Source: the human T2T-CHM13v2.0 reference genome, Homo sapiens
DNA: 64,000 bases
Reading direction: 5' to 3' (one strand)
Assembly: GCF_009914755.1 (NCBI RefSeq)
Contig: NC_060926.1
The notes beneath the pieces are model-generated. The model was given only the letters and a program-made list of their open reading frames with translations, was not told where the DNA came from and ran no database searches. Made by a program: the position numbers and the translations under genes. Positions 31,201 through 42,681 of this stretch are shown piece by piece (within the stretch, counting starts at the first letter, position 1; each line of letters begins with the position of its first letter).

Positions 31201-34189
31201 TATAAGTTAGAGGGAAGTTTGAGCTCACAGTATCCGAAAAACTTATAGAGAAAACAGGAACAATATCAGCCGGTTCCTAGAACCAAGGAATTGACGGTAT
31301 TGTACTTTGAGTAAGTAAAGAGGATCTGATAACTCCGCTGAGCACATTATTTTTCTTAGTATGCATTAGGTTAATGTAGCTTAGCAAATAACTACCCTTG
31401 GCTGTTGGTTATAGAATTTCCCTGGTGTTTTCGATACCCTCCATGTAAAACAGAAATCTGATTTTCTGGGCTTAGGTCTTCTAAATATTAGATTCATCCC
31501 AATGGTAAATTAAATATCTTAGAAAAAAACATTTCCTCTCTCATGATGTCGAAGTAAATAGCCTTGCAGCAAAGGCCAAAACTCTATTTCTTTTTTATTC
31601 CCCAATCTCTTCCCTCCAGAAGAAGCCGGTAGCAGTGATTACGAGCACAGCTTTGGTGTTTGGGTTTCAAGCCCCATTCTGTTACTTTTATAGAACCATG
31701 ACCAAGTTATCCTATTTCTCCAAATTTTCATTTCCTTGTTTGAAATATGAGGGTAAGCATAGCTGTCGCAGAATGATGTTCTGTATATTAAATATGATAA
31801 TTTATGTAGATATCTTAGCACAAGGCCTGGCACAAAATTAGTGCTGAATAAATGGTAGTTATACTCAGATGAGCTCCTGAAAATGTTAGTCTGGCAATTC
31901 TCTGGTGACACTGACTTTATGACTAAAGTGATTTCCTTAAAGTGATTTCCTAAATCTGTAACAACTGAATACCTTCTTAAAAAGAAAATATATTGCACTT
32001 AAGTTTATATAGACAATGGAAAAGGCTTGACAAGTATTGCTTGCTTGATGTCCCCCAGGGTAGATTGTTGAAGATTAAGGTTAAGAAACAGAACAAAATG
32101 ATTGCAACTAATAGGGAAGCTGCAGAAATAATTCAGAGGAGTCATTTCACCGTAACCATCATCTGCAGATCTGTTGTTCTGTTGTTCCACTGAAAATTAT
32201 TGTCTGTTATGGAGCTACCAGGCACTGCATATAATATTATTATTCGCTCTTACTATGTGATCATATGAGCTAGGCACCATACTTAATGATATCCATGCAC
32301 TATTTTATTTAATTTCCACCACAACCCTGTGAAATAGGTCTATTTGATTTGCGAGCCCATATCTGTAATCACTATGCCTTCCTCTGGCCCACTGTGTAGG
32401 CTGGCATGAGGCCTGGTTTGCATGAGAATGGGTATCAGAAGGCCCAGTGGAACATCATGAGTAGAGTAAAGAGAGCAGCGCAACCTTAAAGCATTCCTAC
32501 TCTCTCAGATAATTTATGACCTAAGAATCTTACTGGGAAGCCCAACCCAGCACTCCCCTCCACCCCGCATACCTGGGTTCCTTGCCCTGGCTGAGTCACC
32601 TAGCTGCAAGTATTTCTGAGTGCTGGAACCAGCGCTTTCCCCTATATCCCCTTGAATCTGTCTTAGGAGCACTCTGTCTCCTGATGAGACACACTGTTCT
32701 ACCTTGGCACTCCCCAGTTGTCCTGGATCAACCCCATCTTGCCACTTCTTTTCTGCCTACAGCTGATTTTAGCATGTCTTGTTGCCTTACTTCCCTTGCC
32801 TAATTCTCACACTAGTATCTCCATTTTGCTTCGGCCTTGACTCCTGGTCTTCCCTTCAATTACAAGGGGATTTTGTTCATGTCTTCACTCACCCCTAAGC
32901 AATGACGATTGATCTATGAAAAATAAAGTGAAGAGGAGGAGGGACGTGTGTAAAGAGGAAAGCCTTTGGTGTGACACATTGTGTTTTTGAGAAGTATTTT
33001 CTATAAAATTCCTTCTTTTTCCTTGTTGTTCTCACTTCAGGCCATGAAATGTGATGCCCAAGGAGCAAAGTGTCTTAAAGTTCCTAACTCCACTAACCCA
33101 CAAGATCCGATATCTTGAGAGACCTCAGATTATATGTCCTCTCTTCTTCCTGCTCTTGATTCTATTTTTTTCTTTTACTGTTAGTAAACTGGTCTCTCAA
33201 GATTAACCATGAGAGCACTCTCCTCCATAGAACATATTTCTGCATTGACCTGTGGTCTCTATCCTGCTCCTTGATTTAAATCAAATTCCAGTGTCTTAAG
33301 TATATAAGTTCCAACTGGACTCAGATTAGTCCCTAAATTAAAAAGAAGTTAGAAACAGAAAACAGCCCTCAAATTCTACTAATTTTGAAAGATTTTCTGA
33401 AGGAACGTGGTTTCTTAGTGAACAGATTCTTCCTTGGTAACTTATCATACATATGCCAAATGCCACGTTAAGTCCTTTCTGCGAAGTGCTCTTTCTTCTA
33501 AAGACTCATAGGAAATAAGCTCACAGAGCTTAACAAATAATCATTCTTTGAATAAAGTTATTTACCCTAAAATGCTAGGTTATGATTCTTTAAGCATTTA
33601 TGCACATATGCAAAGAGAGCTTAGTCTATGTGTTTCCATTTCAGAAACAAGTCATTTCTAATAGCCAATACAAAATAATAGAGTGAAAAATTCTCTGTAA
33701 TGGCTCAATTTCCAGACTGTTTTATAATAGTTTACTTTTTCCAAAGCTTGCTCATGAATAAACTGTCTGATACAATAAGAAGATGGCCTTCCCAAAGGTT
33801 GTCTGAGTTTAAATATGGAAGCAGTAACTGTTTTCCAGGAAATCTCTTAACCCACATTCATAATATTCCAGCATTCCGATCAATAATAGGAAAATTATAG
33901 AATATATCTCAGTGCTGTCTTTGTCCAACATCATCACTGGAAAATTAAGAAACACAGGTCCAGGGGGAATAAAGTCACCTACTCAAAATAACAGATTTAA
34001 TGAAAGAAATAAAATTAAAAGTGAAGTCTTATCAGCCTGTAACATTTTGAGGTTAAAAGCAGCTGACATAATTGCTAAAATCATTGTGAATAAAAATATT
34101 AATTTATTAAATAAGTATTGTTGAGAGTTTAATGTGCTAGGTCCTGAGAATACAAACTCATGCTTGATCAACAGAGTATGATGGAAATA

Positions 34190-34598
34190 GCATTATGTTA
34201 TTTCATGACCCAGCCCAAAAGGACCAGCAGCTTCTGCTTTGCCCTCTTGGAGCCCTGACCAACAATAAAAGAAATTCTACTATCCTGACACCTCCATGCT
34301 GTAAGATGTAAGAAGTTCAAGGCACAGGGCCACTGCATTGTAGTTCTCTTTAGCAGTCCCCTCTTTAGCAGAGATCTCTCAGATCAACTGCTAAGCATGT
34401 GTGTAATCATCTTCGAAGACCAGTCCATTTGATGCTTCATATGACTCCAGTTCCAGCCATTATATGCAACTGCATGATTTCCAAGGGAGAACCACCCAGA
34501 CAATCCTAATCACCTCACAGAACCATGAGAAGTAATAACAAACTGTTTTATGCCACTAACCTTGGGATAGTTTTCTGTGTACCAATAGGAAATCAGAA
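34190..34598 (+). mobile_element. Old MLT1 (G/H-like) LTR
   Basis: ctccatgctg...gcaactgcatga...cacagaaccatgaga...gccactaaccttggg...aatcagaa. Confidence 0.6.
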
Positions 34599-34924
34599 GA
34601 GTAGATAATGGAGAAATCATCAGTAAAGTTTGAAGGGGAGAGTAATGATAAATTCATATTCATAACTGATCATTTTGAATAGGTAGGGACATAGAGTCAG
34701 GTAATAGAAGATAAACACCCATGTCTTCTGCTCCCACCATACATTCAAGTTTATCTGGAATTTGAGGACTGCTGGACAAAATTGAGTGAAGTTCATTCTC
34801 CTGTGTACAATTGGTATTATGGAGATTCAAAACGGTCTACCAAGAGGAAGAGAGAAAGGGCCAAGCCCTTGACGATTAAAGTACCAGTTTCCAATTCTGA
34901 TGGCCAGCTATTAAGATAGCCTCC

Positions 34925-35202
34925 AGGCACACCTCCGGCATTCATGGTTGGGCAAAATCATCTGAAAACACAGTACACTGTGGAGTATCAGCTGTTTACT
35001 TTCAAGATGGTATTGCCACCAGGGCAGTGCTTGCTGCCTATGCTGAGGCAACATGAGAGAGTACCGTACTGCATACTGCTAGCCCAGTAAAAGACCAGTA
35101 TTCAAAATCTGATATAAGCCTTCTAGGGAATGCATATCACTTTCCCACCATGATACGGTAGAAAAATTATAAGTAGAACTATCATAAATCACAGACCATC
35201 TG
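34925..35202 (-). mobile_element. MER47/Tigger5-type TcMar DNA transposon remnant
   Basis: gttgggcaaaatcatct...gctagccc...gaatgcatatcactttcccaccat...gaccatctg. Confidence 0.65.
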
Positions 35203-35239
35203 TGTAGGGAAAAGTAACCTCTTCAGGATATTGAATCTG

Positions 35240-36605
35240 TCTCTCTAAAACATGATATATTTCTTCGTATATTAAAGTCTTCTTTAAAGTTTAAAAAGTT
35301 TTACATGGTCTTGACTATTTTTGTCGGATATATTTCTAGATCCTTTATATTTTTCTTCCTATTAAAAACAGTATCTTTCTTAAAAATACCCTTTCTAACT
35401 CTATTGTTGGAATACAAATGTTCATTTGGGATTTATATGTTGATCTCACATTCTTCTTGTTTACTAAATTTATCCATTAATTCTAACAACTAATTTGAAG
35501 AGTCTTCTGGGTTTTCTATGGAGACAGCATGTCATATGCAAATAGTGACAACTTAATTTACTTTTTCCCTGTTTAAATTTTTTTTTCTTTTCTAAGTGTA
35601 CTTTCTATCACACGATATTGTTAAATAGAATCAATGAGGGTGGTACATTTGTATATTTCTGATTTTTTAAGGAAGTCTTGTCAGTAGTTTACTTTTGAGT
35701 CTCTATAGATTTCTTTACTGTGTTAAAGCTATTCCTGTCTAACTCTGGTTTTTAAGACTTTTTATCAGTTACTAATAGGTTTTGAATTTCACTTAACAAT
35801 TTTGTTCTTTTAAAATGACTATATATTTTTTTCCCTTTTAACTTCTGAACTTGGAAATTGCATTAATAGTTCATCATAATAAACTATCATTACATTTCCA
35901 AGATTAACTCTTCTTTCTCTTCATTTATTATATAAAACAATGAATTCAATTTGTTTTGTGTTTTGTTCAGGAACTTTGCATCTGTGTTCTTGAGTCAGAT
36001 TGTCCTTCAAATTTCTTTCTCACGATGGCCCTGAATTTTTCTTTTTCTCAAAATTTTCCACCAATATTTTAGATAAAAACCCAAAGACAATAGTGTTATG
36101 AATCATTATGTACCTACCACCAAGCAACAACTCTCATGACCTCAAGTCCTCTCTTGTTTTATCTGTCTCTCTCTTTCTTTATCTCTATCATGCTTGATTA
36201 TTTTGAAGTAAATTCTGAATAACCATTTCATCTGTAAATATTGTGTTATGTATCTTAAATGATAAGGATACTTTAAATAATATTATTTCAATATTATAAT
36301 TACATCTGAACATGATATAGTCCTTTAACATTATCAAATGCTCACTTTTACCCAATTGTTTTATAATTATATTTTTTATTTAATTTGTTCAAATCAAGAT
36401 CCAAACATGGTTCACACATTTTATTTGATTGATATATTTTTCACATGTTAAGAGTGAGATGTTGTTTTATTTCCTTAAATTCACTTGCTGGGGAAATGTA
36501 CTTATTTGTCCTGTAGAATTTCCCACCTTCTAAATTTTGCTGATGGTATTCCTGTGTTGTAATATAATACCATCCCCATGTCCTATATTTTCTGGAAATT
36601 GCCAG
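35240..36605 (-). mobile_element. Degraded L1M fragments
   Basis: T-rich antisense L1 ORF2-like phrases (gtcatatgcaaatagtgacaac, tttgcatctgtgttc). Confidence 0.6.
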
Positions 36606-36617
36606 CTAGATGTTAAC

Positions 36618-37296
36618 CAGAGATCTCAAACTGTTTTGATCTCAGGACCCTTTAACACTCTTAAAAAATATTGAGGACACTCGAAAAAAAATTTTGTTCA
36701 TGTGAGCTATTGATATTTATAATAATATATAGTAAAAGAGAAAAGTTAAAAATATTCATTTACTAACTCACTTTGAACTTTTTTGAAAACATGTTAACAA
36801 AAGACCCATATGTCAGTAAGTGAAGTTTGTCTTGGTTTATTTTTCAAGTAAAAATGGTGTTCCATGAAATAGTGAACTAAAACTCAGTGTTACAAATTAT
36901 TTCCCTCAAGACAACCATTATACTTTAGCATGTCAGCTTCCCATTTAGTCATACAGAATATTCCCTCTAGATGTATTCAAGGGTTGAGATTTACTGAAGC
37001 CAATTCACTACCCTGATTCATCAAGTTCAAGGGCATTTTCAAGTAAAAATGGCTTTATTTTGTTTCTTGCAAGTGCGTGGATATGAGCAATGCAATTTGG
37101 TGCCACTGCCTTGATTGATGTTAAGGCACCAGAACTTCTATCCACCATTTATTTTGCCTCATCAGTGCAAATGTCAACATAGCGAAAATGACGAATAACA
37201 CTTTAGTATAATTATGAAAATTATAACTGCACAACCACTCCAAACAGGCCCTGAAGACCCCCATTGGTGTGTAGATCACAATCTAAGAACGCTACT
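36618..37296 (+). mobile_element. Charlie1-type hAT DNA transposon remnant just upstream of the REG3G promoter
   Basis: ctcaaactgttttgatctcaggaccctttaacactcttaaaaaatattgaggac ... taagaaccgct termini. Confidence 0.75.
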
Positions 37297-37769
37297 CTGA
37301 GATATCAAACTGTCAGCGCAGAACTACAATAAACCAAGGAACTATCTCTTGGTCTTCTCACACAAAGGTAGCTGGAAGGCAAATCTATTTAACTGCTGTT
37401 CCATAAGACCCTGGCTTGCCTAATGACTCACAAGATTATTTCAAGCTTCTTTTACATCTTGCTGTGAAGTTGAAGTAGCAACACTGAACCAGTGCTGCTG
37501 CTTCTGGTTTCTATTGTTTCTTTATTTCGACTAATACATTGTCTTTGCCAACACATCTAATTTTAATGCCCACCCAATTTTTATTTATTAATTTATTTTA
37601 AATGTTACTAGATAAGGTATAAAGGAATTCATATGTATGCCTATAGAAGTGAGCTCCTGGCACGTTGATCAAAAACAAACTTTTGACATTTCTCATAACT
37701 ATGTAATATCATAATATTTTCTAAACTATATAATACCAGGCTCACAAGACTGCCTTTATTCCCTTAAGT

Positions 37770-37894
37770 TTCTCAGAAGAAGATATCTGGAAGAGGGTGG
37801 GAAAAGTGCAAACTTCAACTGTTTGTGGGGAAAGTGCCGGCCTGCTACAGAGAAAAAGGCAACATCTGTAACAATTCCCAGCCTTTGCCAGGAA
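37770..37894. promoter_or_regulatory. GAS/STAT-like elements in the REG3G proximal promoter
   Basis: TTCTCAGAA (TTC-N3-GAA) at 37770-37778 and TGCCAGGAA at 37886-37894. Confidence 0.6.
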
Positions 37895-38008
37895 GAGTCT
37901 CCTCCCCTTGGCATAATCTTTTTGAACCAATGCCAAGCCCTCTCCATGACCCCTGTCCCGCCTACATATTGCCGTTATTCACTCCAGTGACCATCCCTGA
38001 GATCTTTT

Positions 38009-38015
38009 TATAAAA
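38009..38015 (+). promoter_or_regulatory. TATA box of REG3G
   Basis: TATAAAA at the expected spacing upstream of exon 1. Confidence 0.85.
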
Positions 38016-38037
38016 AACCCAGTCTTTGCTGACCAGA

Positions 38038-38064
38038 CAAAGCATACCAGATCTCACCAGAGAG
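38038..38064 (+). other. REG3G: REG3G short non-coding exon 1 (start approximate)
   Basis: Lies about 25-30 nt after TATAAAA and ends at consensus donor gag|gtaagt. REG genes have a short 5' non-coding exon. Confidence 0.8.
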
Positions 38065-38384
38065 GTAAGTGGGAGCTGAGAGAAGATGAGACCTGTGGAA
38101 GGGCAACCTCACATGATACAGGAGAATGCATGGGAGGGTCCCTTCCTCAGGGAGCACAGGAGCTCTGAGACTCAGCAAGGCTGTACTGGGAGGTCTCAGG
38201 GATGGGTGAGTACACAGATTCACAGCTCATTCAGAACTGTAGAAGATGATGAATGTGACCAAGATCACTTCAGTCCTAGGGGACTACAGAAGGAAAAAGA
38301 CAAGAGGCAGTAGGATATCTGTGTGTCCTCCCGCTGACCACACTTCCTTTAGTGACCCGATTGCCTCCTCAAGTCGCAGACACT

Positions 38385-38460
38385 ATGCTGCCTCCCATGG
38401 CCCTGCCCAGTGTGTCCTGGATGCTGCTTTCCTGCCTCATTCTCCTGTGTCAGGTTCAAG
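38385..38460 (+). CDS. REG3G: REG3G first coding exon (signal peptide)
   Basis: gacactATG with A at -3; encodes [25 protein letters not shown](G); donor caag|gtgaga. Confidence 0.96.
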
Positions 38461-40567
38461 GTGAGATTTCTCTGCCTCTAGCACTGGGTTCCCTATGAAT
38501 CCTCAGAGCCAAGAAAAGGAGGAAGGCTCCTGTGTGTCACGTGAGGTAATGACGTGGTGTCTAATGAAACTGCCTGCAGTTCCTGCATCATCACTCCTTC
38601 CTTCATGTTAACTTGCAGTGGGAGGCTCCACTGTGGTCCACTAACAATGGAATGAGATGGCTTCCATTTAGTCAGTGGACTCTAATATACACTGGTGGGA
38701 AAGTGTGGAGGGTCAGCAATGAGATGTGGGGAGGGACAATGATTGGAGGACCCAATATAGAGATAGCCCACAGTGAAGAGAGTGTTGAATGGTTGAATAA
38801 GGGGAAAGGGTAATAACAGACTAGATGGTGGCCCATTTAGTAGGGCTATTTTGAGATAAAGAACTTCTGAAAACACAAGGGAAGATGAAGAGCTGTCAGG
38901 AATGTGGTCTTCCTCCCCAAGGGCAGACCTAGATATTCCCCAAGGTCATCTCCCACCCACCCCCTACTCTTCATTTTACTCTCTCCCTTTTCTTCCACCC
39001 CAGGTGAAGAAACCCAGAAGGAACTGCCCTCTCCACGGATCAGCTGTCCCAAAGGCTCCAAGGCCTATGGCTCCCCCTGCTATGCCTTGTTTTTGTCACC
39101 AAAATCCTGGATGGATGCAGATGTGAGTGGTTAGATGTGGGGTTGGAGGTGATAGGGGAAAGTCCATGCAGGTCTCAGGGGGAGGAGGGTCTCCTTCAGG
39201 AGAGTTCCTTGGGAATGAGGATGAACACGCTTATCTTTCACACAGTCCTCCTCCCACCTACCTTTTCCCTGCCCTCCCTCAGTGGGTCTCAGGCTCCATC
39301 TCATTCTCTTTGTCCCCCTCAAAGCTGGCTTGCCAGAAGCGGCCCTCTGGAAAACTGGTGTCTGTGCTCAGTGGGGCTGAGGGATCCTTCGTGTCCTCCC
39401 TGGTGAGGAGCATTAGTAACAGCTACTCATACATCTGGATTGGGCTCCATGACCCCACACAGGTGCGAGTATATCCTCCCCTCTCTGTTACCTCTCAAGG
39501 TACTGTTGTTGCCCAGGCGCACTCCCTGTCCCCAGTCCCTGCCCAGGAAGTACTTTAGGGAGCACTGGAGCTCAGATTCTGGGGGACATTTGGGAGAATA
39601 GGAAGTCCATGAGGCAGCTGAAGAGCTGAATTCTACGGAGATCCCTAGTCTTTAAAGAAAATTAGTCGGACTCTTGTAAAACTTTTACATAATTCTCAAG
39701 GGAATCCTTACAAATCAATTTTCTGAGCTTCAGGGAGTCTGTATCTATTATTCTGAGGGAATTCTAAATTAAGATAGGATCAAATTTTGCCCCCATACAG
39801 AATAGACATTATCTTTGAGGTTCGCAGGCTAATCACAAATGCTACACCAATTATTGTTCTGCAAGTAACATATTACCTTGAGTGATTCCAAAGTTCTTGT
39901 GTTTATTGGTTGGGATTTTCCCAAAGCAATGAGGAGTTAAGGAAAAGATTCCAGTGCAGAGGACTCTAGGGCAGCATCTGGAAGATCAGACCAAAATCCC
40001 TGATGCTGGGGAGGAATCAGGTGTTACAGCTCAGGGGCCATGCAAAGAGACCTGCAATGGCCATTTTCTTCACCTGGCTGCCTCCTCTTCTCTATAGGGC
40101 TCTGAGCCTGATGGAGATGGATGGGAGTGGAGTAGCACTGATGTGATGAATTACTTTGCATGGGAGAAAAATCCCTCCACCATCTTAAACCCTGGCCACT
40201 GTGGGAGCCTGTCAAGAAGCACAGGTAAGAAACAGAAGAGCTGCCTCTTCCCAGCACTTTCCACTCCTCATCCCCAATTTCCTGACCTTCAGGAAATCCT
40301 TTTCAGCTAGGTAATGCAGTGTTTATGTGCCTTCTCCCGTCTCCTCTCATCTCTGCCTTCTTTGAGTCTCATTCTCCTGGATTGAGAAACTGGTGAAGAT
40401 GAGAGAGAAGCTTTAAATCCTAGGCTAAAACCTGGGATGCCTCTTCACTGGGTTCACAAGTTCCCCCAGCCCCATGCCTTTTATATTCTCTCTCCCTAGG
40501 ATTTCTGAAGTGGAAAGATTATAACTGTGATGCAAAGTTACCCTATGTCTGCAAGTTCAAGGACTAG
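38385..40567 (+). CDS. REG3G: REG3G, regenerating family member 3 gamma (secreted C-type lectin), spliced CDS join(38385..38460,39004..39122,39325..39462,40098..40224,40500..40567), 175 aa
   Basis: Exons of 76+119+138+127+68 = 528 nt, all with GT-AG boundaries, translate to [55 protein letters not shown]...[73 protein letters not shown]. Signal peptide, WIGL motif and six CTLD cysteines are present. [11 protein letters not shown] and EPD distinguish it from REG3A. Confidence 0.97.
39004..39122 (+). CDS. REG3G: REG3G coding exon 2 (propeptide and start of CTLD)
   Basis: Long polypyrimidine tract then cag|; encodes [40 protein letters not shown]; donor gat|gtgagt. Confidence 0.96.
39325..39462 (+). 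CDS. REG3G: REG3G coding exon 3
   Basis: Acceptor ctcaaag|; encodes [46 protein letters not shown]; donor cag|gtgcga. Confidence 0.95.
40098..40224 (+). CDS. REG3G: REG3G coding exon 4
   Basis: Acceptor tctatag|; encodes [42 protein letters not shown]; donor cag|gtaaga. Confidence 0.96.
40500..40567 (+). CDS. REG3G: REG3G last coding exon
   Basis: Acceptor tccctag|; encodes [25 protein letters not shown] at 40565-40567. Confidence 0.96.
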
Positions 40568-40772
40568 GGCAGGTGGGAAGTCAGCAGCCTCAGCTTGGCG
40601 TGCAGCTCATCATGGACATGAGACCAGTGTGAAGACTCACCCTGGAAGAGAATATTCTCCCCAAACTGCCCTACCTGACTACCTTGTCATGATCCTCCTT
40701 CTTTTTCCTTTTTCTTCACCTTCATTTCAGGCTTTTCTCTGTCTTCCATGTCTTGAGATCTCAGAGAATAAT

Positions 40773-40778
40773 AATAAA
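40773..40778 (+). terminator. Polyadenylation signal of REG3G
   Basis: AATAAA about 205 nt after the stop, followed by a T/GT-rich tract (cttttgtttc). Confidence 0.85.
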
Positions 40779-42324
40779 AATGTTACTTTATACTTATATG
40801 CTTTTGTTTCATTCTTATAGTAAGAGCCTTTGGAAGAGGAGGGAGAAGTTGGGGGAGAAAAAAACACTGAGTCTTGGCTCCTCCCAATTTCACCCAGGCC
40901 TAAGGTGAAATTACTATATGAGTGTCCCCATCAGTGTATTTGTGATGAAGGTGCGGGCCCTGCTCAGACAGGGTTTGTGTCATGAAGACATGAAGACAGT
41001 GCTTCCCCACACACTCACTGCCCACACATTGTCCCTGACGTTGTGACACAATCAGCCCTAGGGGAGTCTGATATTACTTAAAACAGAACTTCTCAAATAA
41101 TTTTCTGTGAAGGATCTTTTTTTTTCATTAATTTGCAATCTACCTTGCATGGTGACTTTTGTAAAATACAGTAAAAAATGAATTACTTAAACTTCTGGCT
41201 ACAGTGTTGACATAGAGAGCTTTGGAAACTGTTACTCTTTTCTTTAAAACAAGAAAAATCTGAATAAACTTAAAATCAACAACTTTCCTTTGGGCTAATG
41301 AGAGAACTGAGGTAGCAGGGCAAGTTGATACCCCAATATCTGGAAAAGCACCCAAATACACAGAGTTGTTTACATTTCTGCTTACCTGGAGCAAAAGCCT
41401 CTAGAGCTACAAGCTGTTAGGAACATTTAAATGGTGATTTTGAAAAATTGCTGGATGTTGAGTGCAGCTTGGCATTAAGAGTGAGAAACTCACGGAAGTT
41501 GCACTCCTATGAAAGCCCTCACGCCTTCATGGATTTTACCTTCAGGAATCCCAACAGGTTCTCTTCGTGGAGAGTCAAAAATAATTCTCTCATGGCTTTG
41601 TCAGGAAGAGTAGAAAAGAAACCATTTCTAAATCAGCCCAGAGCATTCTCAATAACAAAGACCTACTTCCAGGTAAAAAGACCTTATGAGCTTCGTATCA
41701 TGCCTAAGCATGAGTGCATTTACGTCCACTCCAGCCACATCTAGCCTTCTCATCTTACCTAACAGAAAGAGACCTAAGAAACATTTTTGAGAGTCATGGC
41801 CATGGGGCATAGACTCACAAAAATACTGAGATTTAATCATAAAATTATATGATACTTCCCCTTGCTCAGACACTACCACATCAATAGGGATCCAGTTTAA
41901 TGACAATAGATCACAATTGAGGAGCTGCAAGGTACACTACTTAAGGAAGAATTATTAGGAAATGACAAAGGCAATAGGAGAGACAAAAACAAGGACACAA
42001 GAGAAATTTTAAGCCTCTTGCACCTACAGCTATAGCAAACATTAAACACAAACTAAATCCTAGTGAGATTAATGAAAAGCCTTACACGAAAGGTCTTTTA
42101 CTTCAGTTGTTATTACTCAATACATCAAGTGAAGCTTTCAAGAGAAACTAAAAATTTTGCTGAACAATAAGAAAAAGCATAGTCTGAAGAGATAAAACAA
42201 ACATGAAAACCAGACTCAAATATGGTACAGATTTTGGAACTATTAGGAAACTTAAAATAACTATGATTGATGTGATAAGGGCTTTGATGAAGAAAATGGA
42301 CAATGGGAAAGAAAAGATGCATAA

Positions 42325-42681
<357 letters not shown>

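Noticed and set aside
38904-39558. Unspliced ORFs of 76 aa and 143 aa containing lectin sequence
   Set aside because: They are REG3G exons read through into introns, not separate genes.
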